From Candidatus Troglogloeales bacterium (GTDB taxonomy: Bacteria > Nitrospirota > Nitrospiria > SBBL01 > SBBA01): DNA of 50,883 nucleotides. Shown in pieces: positions 40,543 to 50,397 of the stretch. The notes under the pieces are model-generated. The model was given only the letters and a program-made list of their open reading frames with translations. It did no database searches and was not told the origin of the DNA. How positions within the stretch are numbered: position 1 is the first letter of the stretch; the number at the start of each line of letters is the position of its first letter. Location: the NCBI GenBank assembly GCA_005239925.1, contig SBBA01000218.1, positions 1 through 50,883 of the forward strand, read 5' to 3'. Made by a program: the position numbers and the translations under genes.

Positions 40543-41508
40543 CTAATAATCTCGTGAGATGGCATAGTTTGCCACTGCACGAAGCGCTTCTCGATGGGTT
40601 GAGTTTTTAAAAAAATTAAGTTCTTGCTGGGCTTTTGTAACAAAATCCGAAGCGACCTTCTTGGCATAAGAGATTGACCCGTATTTCTCCATTAAAGCAA
40701 TAATCGAAGTGATATCTTTTTTAGCCTTGCTACTCTGAATGAGGTGCAACATTTCTTCTTTCTCTTGTTCGGTGCAGTGGGCGATGAGGTGGATAAGAGG
40801 AAGCGTTATTTTTCCCTCTTTAATATCCTGTCCCAGCGGCTTACCTAGTCGTTTATAATCGGCAAGATAATCGAGCGTGTCGTCTTGAATCTGGAAGGCA
40901 ATGCCGAGATACCGGCCAAAACGAGACAGCGTTTCTGTCTCCTCAGACGATCCTCCTGAAACAATACCCCCTAATTTACATGCGGCTGAAAGAAGCGATG
41001 CGGTTTTGTATTCGATAATTTTGAGATAACGTTCTTCCGTAAGATTAAAATCCATAGTATGCGCCAACTGCCATGCCTCGCCCTCGGTCATTTTGTTGCA
41101 GGTTAAAGAGAGGACGTAGTTCATTTCAACATTTTCCAGGGTGACGATATGCCGTATGGCGCGTGTGTAAAGAAAATCACCGGCAAGGATACTGGCATGG
41201 TTTCCGTACAAGTTTCGAGCAGCCAATCGTCCCCGACGATTTTTTGCATGATCCAAAACATCATCATGTAGCAGTGTGGCGGTATGAATATACTCGACCA
41301 CACATCCCAATAGGAGATACCGTTGGTCAACCACATTGCCCATTTGTGCACTGATAATCAGAAGAAGGGGACGAAGCCTTTTCCCTCCGCTCATCAGGAT
41401 GTAGCGGGTGGTTTCGTTAATGAGGCGTACCTCTGAGTCTAGCCCCCTGTCAATTTCCCTTTCGACGCCATCCAGCGCCTCTTTATAATTCAACCACACG
41501 TTGTCCAT
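40543..41508 (-). CDS. ispB: polyprenyl diphosphate synthase (IspB-like)
   Basis: The two Asp-rich motifs LLHDDVLDH and FQIQDDTLDY. ATG 41508 (the ORF-track start 41511 is TTG). Confidence 0.8.
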   Translation of the reverse strand: MDNVWLNYKEALDGVEREIDRGLDSEVRLINETTRYILMSGGKRLRPLLLIISAQMGNVVDQRYLLLGCVVEYIHTATLLHDDVLDHAKNRRGRLAARNLYGNHASILAGDFLYTRAIRHIVTLENVEMNYVLSLTCNKMTEGEAWQLAHTMDFNLTEERYLKIIEYKTASLLSAACKLGGIVSGGSSEETETLSRFGRYLGIAFQIQDDTLDYLADYKRLGKPLGQDIKEGKITLPLIHLIAHCTEQEKEEMLHLIQSSKAKKDITSIIALMEKYGSISYAKKVASDFVTKAQQELNFFKNSTHREALRAVANYAISRDY

Positions 41509-41631
41509 CAATCTTACCGATTCCCCATGAGAAAATGACTTGAGAGGATATTAGGATAACATGCCGTTTAAGTCAATAGCGTGCCGAAATCCATCTGGTG
41601 TGAGCCAAATACCTAACCGAGTTTGGAAAAA

Positions 41632-41661
41632 TTGACACCTCTTTAGAACGCCTCCTATAAT
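41632..41661 (+). promoter_or_regulatory. consensus sigma70 promoter directly abutting the fabH ATG
   Basis: TTGACA (41632-41637), 18-nt spacer, TATAAT (41656-41661). The fabH ATG begins 8 nt after the -10 hexamer and no Shine-Dalgarno is present. Confidence 0.6.
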
Positions 41662-41668
41662 CAGTTGT

Positions 41669-42673
41669 ATGTTTTCTCACATTATTGGGACCGGGTCCGC
41701 CCTTCCAAAACAGGTTATTACCAATAAAGATATTTCGATACAAATAGGTCTCTCTGAGAATGAAATCGAGAAGAAGACCGGTATTGTGACACGACATTGG
41801 GTGTCGCCCGGAGAAACAACGGTAACTCTGGCCATTGATGCCACCAAGGCAGCCCTTCAATCGGCCAATCTTTCTCCAGGCGAGATTGATTTGATCGTTG
41901 TTTCAACCTCTTCACCGGATATGTTTTTTCCTTCCGTCGCCTGTTTGGTGCAGAAGGAACTCTCGTGTGGTACCGTTCCTGCGTTTGATATCAATGCCTC
42001 CTGTACCGGTTTTTTATATGCCCTTACCATAGGGGATCAATTTCTAAAAAGGGGTAAGGTAAAAAATGCGCTTATTATTGCCTCCGAGGTGAAGTCGGTT
42101 TATTTGAATCGAAAGAACCTCCAAACGGTTTCTTTATTTGGGGATGGGGCAGGCGCCGTGGTTTTATCGAATATCCCTGACGTAGAAAAAAGAAAAAGCG
42201 GCCCAGGCTTGATGATTCGATCAATTCAGATTTTTTCGGGTGGGCCAGGAGAGCAGCTTATTACCCTTCCAGCAGGTGGCTCCCGTTGTCCACTTACACC
42301 AGATACCATTCGAAAAGAACTTCATTTGATGCAAATGAATGGAACGAGACTTTTTCGGCTCGCCATCAACAAGATCGACGAGGCAATCTCTCGTTTATTA
42401 GAAGAAAACAGGATTACTCTTGATGAAATAGACCTCTTCCTTTTTCACCAGGCCAATGCACGTATTCTAGAGGCGGTCTTGAAGAGGAAAAAAATTCCTC
42501 AAGTAAAACATCATATGACGATTCAACAATTCGGAAATACCTCGTCTTCTTCCCTCCCTATTGCATTAAATGACGCCATAAAATCTGGAAGAATAAAACA
42601 AGGAGCCCTAATTAGCCTTTGCGCCTTTGGTGGTGGCTTTACCTGGGGAACGGCACTCCTGGAAATGACTTAA
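41669..42673 (+). CDS. fabH: 3-oxoacyl-ACP synthase III (FabH family)
   Basis: MFSHIIGTGSALPKQVITNKDI aligns residue for residue with the E. coli FabH N-terminus. Catalytic INASCTGF, HQAN and GNTSSSS boxes. Confidence 0.9.
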   Translation: MFSHIIGTGSALPKQVITNKDISIQIGLSENEIEKKTGIVTRHWVSPGETTVTLAIDATKAALQSANLSPGEIDLIVVSTSSPDMFFPSVACLVQKELSCGTVPAFDINASCTGFLYALTIGDQFLKRGKVKNALIIASEVKSVYLNRKNLQTVSLFGDGAGAVVLSNIPDVEKRKSGPGLMIRSIQIFSGGPGEQLITLPAGGSRCPLTPDTIRKELHLMQMNGTRLFRLAINKIDEAISRLLEENRITLDEIDLFLFHQANARILEAVLKRKKIPQVKHHMTIQQFGNTSSSSLPIALNDAIKSGRIKQGALISLCAFGGGFTWGTALLEMT

Positions 42674-42677
42674 AATC

Positions 42678-42696
42678 CCTCCTTAAGAAAAGGAGG
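42678..42696. terminator. 7-bp perfect hairpin between convergent genes
   Basis: CCTCCTT-aagaa-AAGGAGG, 5 nt after the fabH stop and 10 nt before the stop of the minus-strand gene. Weak U tracts. Confidence 0.45.
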
Positions 42697-42705
42697 AAGG
42701 TTATT

Positions 42706-42984
42706 TTAGAGGGCGTGTGCTACCTTCTGTTTGGGTTTGAGGGCAATGTCGGCTAAAACTTTTCTGAAGCGGCTGCTCCAATACTCCCGCTTTTCTTTTC
42801 TCCATTCCAGTTGCTCAGACGCCTCCCTTGCCTCGGGTGAAATGAGGTTTTTCGCTCTTGCTTTTGGAGCTGGCTTAGGCCGCACGGCGCTTTTTGTTCC
42901 TAGCTTCTTCTTTTTAACCATAGAAGCTGTTCCCTTTGGTCTTGCGGAGGCCGCTTTTGGTGATACAGATTTCTTTTTATTCAT
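42706..42984 (-). CDS. small highly basic Lys/Ala/Pro-rich protein (histone H1-like composition)
   Basis: ATG 42984 (the ORF-track start 43023 is TTG). 92 aa: MNKKKSVSPKAASARPKGTASMVKKKKLGTKSAVRPKPAPKARAK... No Shine-Dalgarno seen. Confidence 0.45.
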   Translation of the reverse strand: MNKKKSVSPKAASARPKGTASMVKKKKLGTKSAVRPKPAPKARAKNLISPEAREASEQLEWRKEKREYWSSRFRKVLADIALKPKQKVAHAL

Positions 42985-43143
42985 ATGACCGCTATGGTAA
43001 CCATAAAACAGCTTTATTGTCAATAGGTTGTCTGCGTTTGCCTGCTTTACATATTAAATCTACGTTATTGACAAGGAGAACAAAAGCATGTTAGACCGTT
43101 TATTGCTTGAGACAAGAAAAGTGGCGTGTTTTTTGTGTACGGG

Positions 43144-43256
43144 GTAGACTTTCTGTTGGTGACGTTTATGTTTTTTGCGTAGATCATTTGTATGGCCTTA
43201 TCTTGTCCATAGCGACCAACGGGAGCTATCTATTTGTTTTCGTCCGTGGCGAATTA
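43144..43256 (-). repeat. family A repeat, copy A7 (short form, inverted)
   Basis: The reverse complement reads TAA|TTCGCCACGGACGAAAACAAATAGATAGCTCCCGTTGGTCGC...CATAAACGTCACCAACAGAAAGTC|TAC. Most similar to A3. Confidence 0.8.
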
Positions 43257-43280
43257 GTTGGGTATTATAAGGGATAATAA

Positions 43281-43652
<372 letters not shown>

Positions 43653-43655
<3 letters not shown>

Positions 43656-43767
43656 CCCCAACGGGGGCAGCGAACGGAGCCCTCCCGTTGGTCGGTCTAG
43701 GCCTACCGATGTTGTTACACAAAATGATCTACGCAAAAAACGTAGATGTTACCAGCGAATAGTCTAA
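43653..43767 (+). repeat. family A repeat, copy A8
   Basis: TAG|CCCCAACGGGGGCAGCGAACGGAGCCCTCCCGTTGGTCGG...ATCTACGCAAAAAACGTAGATGTTACCAGCGAATAGTC|TAA. The TAG is the glnB stop. The copy fills most of the glnB-glnD spacer. Confidence 0.85.
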
Positions 43768-43801
43768 GTAAAAATTTACCCCTAAAGGAGATTATACTGT
43801 T

Positions 43802-46363
43802 GTGGGGAAGGCTGATTTTCTTTCTGAACTCACCTCCTTTTATCAATCCAAAAGAAAGGAAATCTATTCCCTCCACCTTGCAGGCGCCTCTGGCCTTAGC
43901 ATTGTTACCGCTCTCTCTGATTTAATCGATCAAATCGTTCTTAAAGCAATCGATTATCTTTCTCCCGACGCCCTGCAAGGCTGGGGCGGTGCCTTGGTCG
44001 CCATTGGTGGATATGGAAGAAGAGAACGCTCTCCCTCCTCCGATATCGACCTCATGCTCCTGATACCGACAGGTGACACCCAGGCAGCAACCCAATTTGC
44101 TAATGAGCTGCTTTGTCTTTTATGGGACATGAAACTTACCGTAGGCCACAGCTTTCGAACCATTAATGACTGTGTGGAGACCGCAAGGCAAGATACCATC
44201 ATTGCCACCTCAATGCTGGCGGCCAGATATATTGCAGGAAACCAGGGCCTTTTTGATCGCTTTCATAAAACCTTCTTTTCAAAAGTCGCTTATAAAGATC
44301 AAAGGGTTCTATTGGAGTACCATGCAGACAGCGGGGAGAAAGCAACGACGCCCTATTTACAGGAGCCGAATATCAAGACCAGCCCCGGTGGTCTTCGTGA
44401 TATTCACCGGATGAAATGGATTGCCCTGCCCCGCTACCGCACCAGTAGTTTGTCGGAGCTTTATCAGTTGGGAAAACTGGCCTCTTTGGAACACCAGGGG
44501 TTAACTAAAGCACAAGACTTCCTCTGGCGCGTAAGAAACACGTTACATTTCCAAAACGCAGATGACCATCTGACCATTGAACGACAAGAAGAGATTGCAC
44601 CGTTATTGCAGTTTTGCGACCGGCGCGATTTTATGCGCCAGTATTATATCTCTGCTGGAACTATTGCGGCAGTCAGTGCACGATTTATCCGGGACGCGAC
44701 ACCTAAAACCCCTTGGTATTTTGTTTCGCGTTGGTTGAAACGCCAGATTGATCCGGATTTTTATATTCTTGATGATGCAATCTTTCCGACGACATCGGAT
44801 CTCCATCACTTTTTTGAAAAGGATGAAAATTGTCTTCGACTGTTTCTTTTAGCAAAGGAACACAAGAAGGTTATTCCAGGATCGGTGATGGAAGCGCTTT
44901 CCGGTCAAACGGCAGGAAACAACTTGCCACAAACCTTGTGGCCCCTGTCGAATAGAGCCCTCTTTCGTCGATTTCTGTCTACCCCAGGGCGAATTGCCAC
45001 AACGCTTCGGAAGATGCATCAAACCGGCGTGCTCTGGCGGATCATACCAGAGTTCTCCCGCATCTATTGCCTGGTGCAGGAGTCTCGTTCCCATTTTTAT
45101 ACAACGGACGAGCATACCTTTCGTACCATTGAGGAGGCGGAAAATCTGATGGAGGATCAGGGCCTGCTGGGCACTATGTATGCTGAAATCCGACGAAAAG
45201 ATATTTTGCATCTTGCCCTTCTTTTACATGATATCGGCAAGGGGATGGGAGGCGACCATAGCCAACATGGCGCAAAGATTGCGCAATCGGTCTCCTCTCT
45301 TCTGGGGTACGACGAAGAGGAACGCGCCCTGTTGACCTTCCTGGTGGATCGCCATCTGCTTTTTTCGGATGTTGCCTTTTATCGAGACTTTACGAACGAA
45401 CCAATTCTTCTAACCTTTGCAAGAGAGGTAGGGCGACCTGAGACATTAAAAATGTTGCTAGTATTAACCGTTGCCGATATCCGGGCCGTTGGCCCTGGGA
45501 CATGGACCAGTTGGAAATGGGATTTACTCTTGAAATTGCATGAAGAGGCGTTGGAGGCCTTAACCGGTGGAGGATTGTATACAAAAAGGGACGAGATGAC
45601 ACGTGCGCGTCTTGTCGAGGCCACACAGGGAGAATATCCCGACGTCTGGCGATCTGATCTTTTAAAGGCATTAACCCCTCGGTACCTGTCGGTGATGCCC
45701 TTTGATAAAATTAAGACCCACATAGCCGCCTTTTATCGTCTTTTCACCAAGCGGGTTCAGGTTACGGCCCACTACAATATAGATTCAGAGAAAACAGAAT
45801 ATACCCTCTACACAACCGACGCACCTGGTCTTTTTTTAAAGGTAACCGGCGTTTTGGTTGCCCATGGGCTTAATATTATTGGCGCAGATATTTTTACCCA
45901 AAGTAACGGGATGGTCGTAGACATCTTTTCCGTGACTGATCCAAATATGAGTGGGCCACCCAGGTCGGAACAGATCAATGCGATTGCATTGGATATTCAG
46001 CACGTTGTAGAGGGCGTAGAATCCATTGAAGCCCTTTTAAAAAAAGGAGGGCGGTATCCCCGTAGTACTGTTCGTGTAGACACCAAAATACCGGTGCAAA
46101 TCGAGGTGGATAATGAAAGTTCCCACGCCTTTACGATTATTGATATTTTTGCCCCTGATTTTCCGGGGCTACTCTACCGGATTGCCCAAACCCTCTTTGA
46201 TTTAGGGCTGTCCGTCCATTCCGCCCGTATTGCCACCCGGCTAGATCAGATCGTAGACGTGTTTTATGTACAAGCCAACCAAGGAAAGATTACCCACTTG
46301 GAAGAGATCAAGCGAATCAAATCTCACCTCAAAGGGGATATTGAAAGGATCCTGCCTAAGTAA
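43802..46363 (+). CDS. glnD: [protein-PII] uridylyltransferase / uridylyl-removing enzyme
   Basis: GTG start. Nucleotidyltransferase (GGYGRRERSPSSDIDL), HD domain (LLLHDIGKG) and two C-terminal ACT-like domains. Confidence 0.9.
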   Translation: MGKADFLSELTSFYQSKRKEIYSLHLAGASGLSIVTALSDLIDQIVLKAIDYLSPDALQGWGGALVAIGGYGRRERSPSSDIDLMLLIPTGDTQAATQFANELLCLLWDMKLTVGHSFRTINDCVETARQDTIIATSMLAARYIAGNQGLFDRFHKTFFSKVAYKDQRVLLEYHADSGEKATTPYLQEPNIKTSPGGLRDIHRMKWIALPRYRTSSLSELYQLGKLASLEHQGLTKAQDFLWRVRNTLHFQNADDHLTIERQEEIAPLLQFCDRRDFMRQYYISAGTIAAVSARFIRDATPKTPWYFVSRWLKRQIDPDFYILDDAIFPTTSDLHHFFEKDENCLRLFLLAKEHKKVIPGSVMEALSGQTAGNNLPQTLWPLSNRALFRRFLSTPGRIATTLRKMHQTGVLWRIIPEFSRIYCLVQESRSHFYTTDEHTFRTIEEAENLMEDQGLLGTMYAEIRRKDILHLALLLHDIGKGMGGDHSQHGAKIAQSVSSLLGYDEEERALLTFLVDRHLLFSDVAFYRDFTNEPILLTFAREVGRPETLKMLLVLTVADIRAVGPGTWTSWKWDLLLKLHEEALEALTGGGLYTKRDEMTRARLVEATQGEYPDVWRSDLLKALTPRYLSVMPFDKIKTHIAAFYRLFTKRVQVTAHYNIDSEKTEYTLYTTDAPGLFLKVTGVLVAHGLNIIGADIFTQSNGMVVDIFSVTDPNMSGPPRSEQINAIALDIQHVVEGVESIEALLKKGGRYPRSTVRVDTKIPVQIEVDNESSHAFTIIDIFAPDFPGLLYRIAQTLFDLGLSVHSARIATRLDQIVDVFYVQANQGKITHLEEIKRIKSHLKGDIERILPK

Positions 46364-46371
46364 TCCCCCTT

Positions 46372-47823
46372 TTATTCTACCGAGTAACCGGACTCGCCAT
46401 GTTCAGAAAGATCCAAACCGGTTTTTTCGACTTCCTGCGTAGGCCTCAATCCAATCAGTGCTTTTACGATGTAAGCCAGAACCGTTGTCGCAACAACGGA
46501 CAGGATGATGGTTAACCCCATCGCCTTTAATTGTTCGATCCAGAGCGTTTGACCCACAACGTCTTTTAGATTGGTTAAAAGATTGGGATTGACTTCCGGT
46601 GTCGCAAAAACGCCGGTGAGAAAGGCCCCCAGGGTGCCGCCAACGGCATGAACCCCAAAGGTGTCCAAGGCATCGTCATAGCCCAACCAATGCTTTAGCT
46701 TGTAGCAGGCAAAGAAAGGCACTAGCCCGGCCAGTATGCCAATGATGACCGCAGACCCCGGCGTGACAAAGCCGCATCCCGGCGTGATCACCACTAACCC
46801 TGCCACTGCCCCAGAGCAAAAACCCAATACACTCGGTTTTTTATTCATAATATATTCCGCCATGGCCCAGGTAAAGGAGGCGACTGCGGCGGCCAGGGTC
46901 GTGGTCGTAAACGCATTGGCGGCAACACCATCCGCTGCAACGGCGCTACCGGCATTAAAGCCATACCAACCCACCCACAGCATCCCGGTGCCGACCATAC
47001 AAAGCACCATGCTGTGCGGGGCCATTTTTTCCTTTCCGAACCCTAAGCGTTTGCCTAAGATCAGGCAAAGCACCAACGCAGACCATCCCGAAGACATATG
47101 CACGACGGTTCCCCCGGCAAAGTCGATTGCCTTAATGGAGGCGTCGGCATTCCATACCCCGTTCATCATGCCGGTAATACCCCAGACCATGTGGGCCAGG
47201 GGAAAATAAACGACGAGCATCCATAGGCCGAGAAAAAGCATCAAGGCGCTAAACTTCATACGTTCGGCGATGGCGCCAATGATCAAAGCGGGCGTAATGA
47301 TGGCAAACATCAGTTGGTACATGGCAAATACGTTGTGTGACACCCAATAGGCATAATTCGTGTTAACAGCAGAGGTGACCCCTTTTAAAAAGGTAAAATT
47401 CAATCCGCCCAAAACAGGCCCCCCAACGTCAAATACCAAACTGTATCCCACGGCCCACCATAGAATACTGACCAAACCAGCGAGCCCTAAGCATTGGGCT
47501 AAAACGGACAAGACATTTTTTGTCCGAACGAGTCCCCCGTAAAAAAGGGCCAGGCCGGGCAACGTCATAAAGAGCACCAACAACGACGATGTCATCATCC
47601 AACCATTGTGGCCTGGGCCTGCACCGCCGATGTTGGAAGTGATCTTGGCATCTACAGCGTCGGAACCCCGTGCGCTATTATTCATATAGGCTTCCAAATC
47701 GGCTATTCTCTGTTCAATCGATGGGTCTGATGGGGCTTCTTCCGCCTTGACCCAGTGTAAGTCCACAGTAGCCAGCCCTAATACAGCGAGCACCAGTAAA
47801 AGCCACATCTTCATTCGTTGCAT
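46372..47823 (-). CDS. amtB: ammonium transporter (Amt family) with signal peptide
   Basis: 11 TM; DFAGGTVVHMSSG and GVHAVGGTLGA signature boxes. Confidence 0.95.
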   Translation of the reverse strand: MQRMKMWLLLVLAVLGLATVDLHWVKAEEAPSDPSIEQRIADLEAYMNNSARGSDAVDAKITSNIGGAGPGHNGWMMTSSLLVLFMTLPGLALFYGGLVRTKNVLSVLAQCLGLAGLVSILWWAVGYSLVFDVGGPVLGGLNFTFLKGVTSAVNTNYAYWVSHNVFAMYQLMFAIITPALIIGAIAERMKFSALMLFLGLWMLVVYFPLAHMVWGITGMMNGVWNADASIKAIDFAGGTVVHMSSGWSALVLCLILGKRLGFGKEKMAPHSMVLCMVGTGMLWVGWYGFNAGSAVAADGVAANAFTTTTLAAAVASFTWAMAEYIMNKKPSVLGFCSGAVAGLVVITPGCGFVTPGSAVIIGILAGLVPFFACYKLKHWLGYDDALDTFGVHAVGGTLGAFLTGVFATPEVNPNLLTNLKDVVGQTLWIEQLKAMGLTIILSVVATTVLAYIVKALIGLRPTQEVEKTGLDLSEHGESGYSVE

Positions 47824-47892
47824 ATCCAGCCTCCTTATTTGATGTCTAAAATCAGTATGATCCAGCCCCTACCGATTTTTATGCGTGCAGCC

Positions 47893-47921
47893 ACTCTACA
47901 AATTTGAAGAGGGTAAGTCAA
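47893..47921 (-). promoter_or_regulatory. candidate sigma70-type promoter for amtB
   Basis: The minus strand has TTGACT (47921-47916), a 17-nt spacer and TAGAGT (47898-47893); about 70 nt upstream of the ATG, which has an AAGGAGG Shine-Dalgarno. Confidence 0.35.
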
Positions 47922-48019
47922 CAGATCGTTATTGAGTAACATGAGTAACGACCCATAGACATAGACATTCTTTCTGGTTAAGAACGGAGAAGAGAGGGCA
48001 AGGAAGCAAGTGGGGTAGG

Positions 48020-48361
48020 TTAGGCCGAGAACGATTCGCCGCAACCACAGCTTCGTTTGGCATTAGGATTGATAAATTTAAAACCGCCTCCAACTAAGTC
48101 ACGGGAAAAATCAAGCGTCATTCCTCTGAGAAACGATGCGCTTTTGGGATCAACAATCACACGAATCCCTTCCATATCAAACGATTGATCCTCGGTCATG
48201 GCTTCCTTCTCGAAGGTGAGCTTATAGGACATACCTGAGCATCCTCCGACAACGACACCCACGCGCAGGAAGGTCTCTCCAATCTGCTTGGCTTGAATAA
48301 TACCTTTGACCTCTGCAATAGCCGTTTCGGTTAAAGTTAAAATATTGGCTGTTTGTTCCAT
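48020..48361 (-). CDS. iscA: HesB/IscA family iron-sulfur cluster insertion protein
   Basis: 113 aa; GGCSG and C-terminal CGCGESF. Confidence 0.85.
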   Translation of the reverse strand: MEQTANILTLTETAIAEVKGIIQAKQIGETFLRVGVVVGGCSGMSYKLTFEKEAMTEDQSFDMEGIRVIVDPKSASFLRGMTLDFSRDLVGGGFKFINPNAKRSCGCGESFSA

Positions 48362-48402
48362 GTTTTATCCTCCATTATAAATTATGAGCGATCTCCTACC
48401 GT

Positions 48403-49581
48403 CTATACCGAGAACATCTCGTATAAAGGCGACATCAGGCGCAGTCGTTTGACTGTTTCAACAACCCGTCTTCCGACATATTCCACTTCTTCTTCTGTAT
48501 TAAATCGGCCCAGTCCAAATCGAATCGAAGAATGTGCTAGATCACTTTCTATCCCCAACGCCCGCAAGACATAAGATGGCGTGGGCGTTGCCGTGGTGCA
48601 GGCTGACCCTGATGAAAGAGCCACCTCATTCATCGCCATTAAGAGCGACTCTCCCTCCACGTAGGCAAAGCTAATATTTAGATTGTGGGGCAGCCTTTCC
48701 GTCGGGTGCCCATTTAAATAGACCTCATCTAAACCATTCCAAATGATTTCCTGTAAACGATTCCGAAAACGGGCCAAACGCGCGCCTTCCTGCTCCATTT
48801 CTTCTTCGGCAATTTCACAGGCCTTACCAAAGCCGACAATCCCAGGGACATTTAGCGTGCCCGAACGGATGCCTCCCTCCTGTCCACCGCCGTCTATAAG
48901 GGGAGCCACACGGACACGCGGATTCTTTTTTCGAACATAAAGGGCGCCAACCCCTTTCGGCCCATACATCTTATGGGCCGATAAAGACATGAGATCAATC
49001 CCCATCGCATTCACATCAATGGGTATCTTCCCCGCCGCCTGCGCCGCGTCCGTGTGAAAAAGAACCCCCTTCTCTTTGGCAATCTTACCAATTTGAGCTA
49101 TCGGGTGAATCACCCCAATCTCATTATTGGCGATCATGATAGAGATTAAAATGGTCTGATCCGTAATTGCCGCCAAAACAGCCCCTGGATCAACAAGGCC
49201 ATCGGAATGAACCGGAAGATATGTGACCCTCATTCCCTGTTTCTCAAGCCGTAGAGCCGTATCTAATATGGCTTTATGTTCCGTGACCGCCGTAATAACA
49301 TGATTCCCTTTGTCACGGTAGGCCTCGGCAATCCCTTTTAAGGCAATATTGTTGGACTCGGTTGCGCCGCTGGTGATGATAATCTCTTTGAGATCGCAAT
49401 GAATCAGATGGGCAATTTGTCCACGGGCCTGTGCCACTACCTGCTCAGCCTCACGACCAAAAGAATGATTACGACTGGCCGCATTCCCAAATTTCTCCGT
49501 GAAGAATGGCATCATGGCAGTCAGTACACGTGGGTCAACCGGCGTGGTGGAATGATGATCCATGAAAATAGGGGTTTTCAT
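48403..49581 (-). CDS. iscS: cysteine desulfurase (NifS/IscS family)
   Basis: PLP-Lys box [12 protein letters not shown] and catalytic loop SSGSACTT. Confidence 0.9.
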   Translation of the reverse strand: MKTPIFMDHHSTTPVDPRVLTAMMPFFTEKFGNAASRNHSFGREAEQVVAQARGQIAHLIHCDLKEIIITSGATESNNIALKGIAEAYRDKGNHVITAVTEHKAILDTALRLEKQGMRVTYLPVHSDGLVDPGAVLAAITDQTILISIMIANNEIGVIHPIAQIGKIAKEKGVLFHTDAAQAAGKIPIDVNAMGIDLMSLSAHKMYGPKGVGALYVRKKNPRVRVAPLIDGGGQEGGIRSGTLNVPGIVGFGKACEIAEEEMEQEGARLARFRNRLQEIIWNGLDEVYLNGHPTERLPHNLNISFAYVEGESLLMAMNEVALSSGSACTTATPTPSYVLRALGIESDLAHSSIRFGLGRFNTEEEVEYVGRRVVETVKRLRLMSPLYEMFSV

Positions 49582-49593
49582 TAGGCTTTCCCC

Positions 49594-49725
49594 TTAAGAC
49601 TCTCTGTTAATGACATCACTATTTTTTGTATAGATCATTTTCGTGTAATGATATCCGCATGCCTAGACCGACCAACGGGAGGGCTCCATTCGCTTCCGCT
49701 GGCGGATCCGCCCGTCGGCGGATTA
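49594..49725 (-). repeat. family A repeat, copy A9 (inverted; left arm partly duplicated)
   Basis: The reverse complement reads TAA|TCCGCCGACGGGCGGATCCGCCAGCGGAAGCGAATGGAGCCCTCCCGTTGGTCGG...CAGAGAGTC|TTAA. The left TAA is the iscR stop. The right end lies 12 nt from the iscS ATG. Confidence 0.85.
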
Positions 49726-50148
49726 AACAAGGAACACTTCATCGAGGCTTTCAGAGTACATTTTCTCAATGGTAATATTATCGAGCATGGCCGTAATCTT
49801 CATCTCAATCTTTTGGAGCGGCCCCTGCACCGAGCAATGTTCCAACTGTGAACAGGCGTGGTCACCATCGCAGCACCGTGTAATGTGGATGGGGCCTTCA
49901 ATAGCCCGAATAATGTCTGAAATGGTAATTTGGCTGGGCGGTCTTTGAAGCATATATCCTCCCTTGGGGCCGCCATAACTCGTGATGATGCCTTTTTTCG
50001 TTAATTTCTGAAGTATTTTTGCAAGCAACGGGAGGGGGATATGGTAGACCTCGGATATGGTTCTAGCGCTTGCCAACCCCTCCCCTTGAGAGGCAATAAA
50101 ATTAACCGCCATGAGGGCATAATCTGTTTTTTTCGTGAGTTTCAACAT
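49723..50148 (-). CDS. iscR: Rrf2 family transcriptional regulator (IscR-like)
   Basis: MLKLTKKTDYALMAVNFIA winged-helix N-terminus (ATG 50148). A Cys cluster (CCDGDHACSQLEHC) could ligate an Fe-S cluster. Confidence 0.8.
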   Translation of the reverse strand: MLKLTKKTDYALMAVNFIASQGEGLASARTISEVYHIPLPLLAKILQKLTKKGIITSYGGPKGGYMLQRPPSQITISDIIRAIEGPIHITRCCDGDHACSQLEHCSVQGPLQKIEMKITAMLDNITIEKMYSESLDEVFLV

Positions 50149-50191
50149 TTTCGTTTGCCTACCGATGGCGGAAGCGAACATAGAGATGTAA

Positions 50192-50300
50192 GGGTACCTC
50201 TAAAAACCCCCTAAATCCACCTTGTCAGGGGAACTTTTGCCACACTCTCCCTTGATAAGAGGGACAGGAGGATCAAGTTTTTAGGTTTTTAGAAGTGCCC
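50192..50300 (+). mobile_element. family B-related short MITE, copy B5
   Basis: GGGTACCTCTAAAAACC...GGTTTTTAGAAGTGCCC, flanked by a perfect GTAA/GTAA duplication (50188-50191 and 50301-50304). Confidence 0.75.
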
Positions 50301-50397
50301 GTAATTAAAACAGTTTAATATATCCGACCATTTTGATCTGATATGAATATAATATCCTACTTACAGGGTTGTCAAGAACTTATTTTATATAGATTTT

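Noticed and set aside
40524-40545. GGAGGGGCGCCCTC palindrome between the Fis-like gene and ispB as another family B end or a terminator
   Set aside because: It is only about 10 nt similar to the AGAGGCGCCC end and has no partner TIR. The GC palindrome has no loop or U tract. This is insufficient evidence either way.
47824-48019. Sigma-54 (GG-N10-GC) promoter or NtcA/NtrC-type site upstream of amtB, and the 69-aa ORF 47835..48044
   Set aside because: The TGGCTGCACGCATAAA segment lacks the -12 GC element at the correct spacing. The direct GAGTAAC-AT-GAGTAAC repeat does not fit GTA-N8-TAC. The ORF overlaps the promoter/leader region and has no coding signature.
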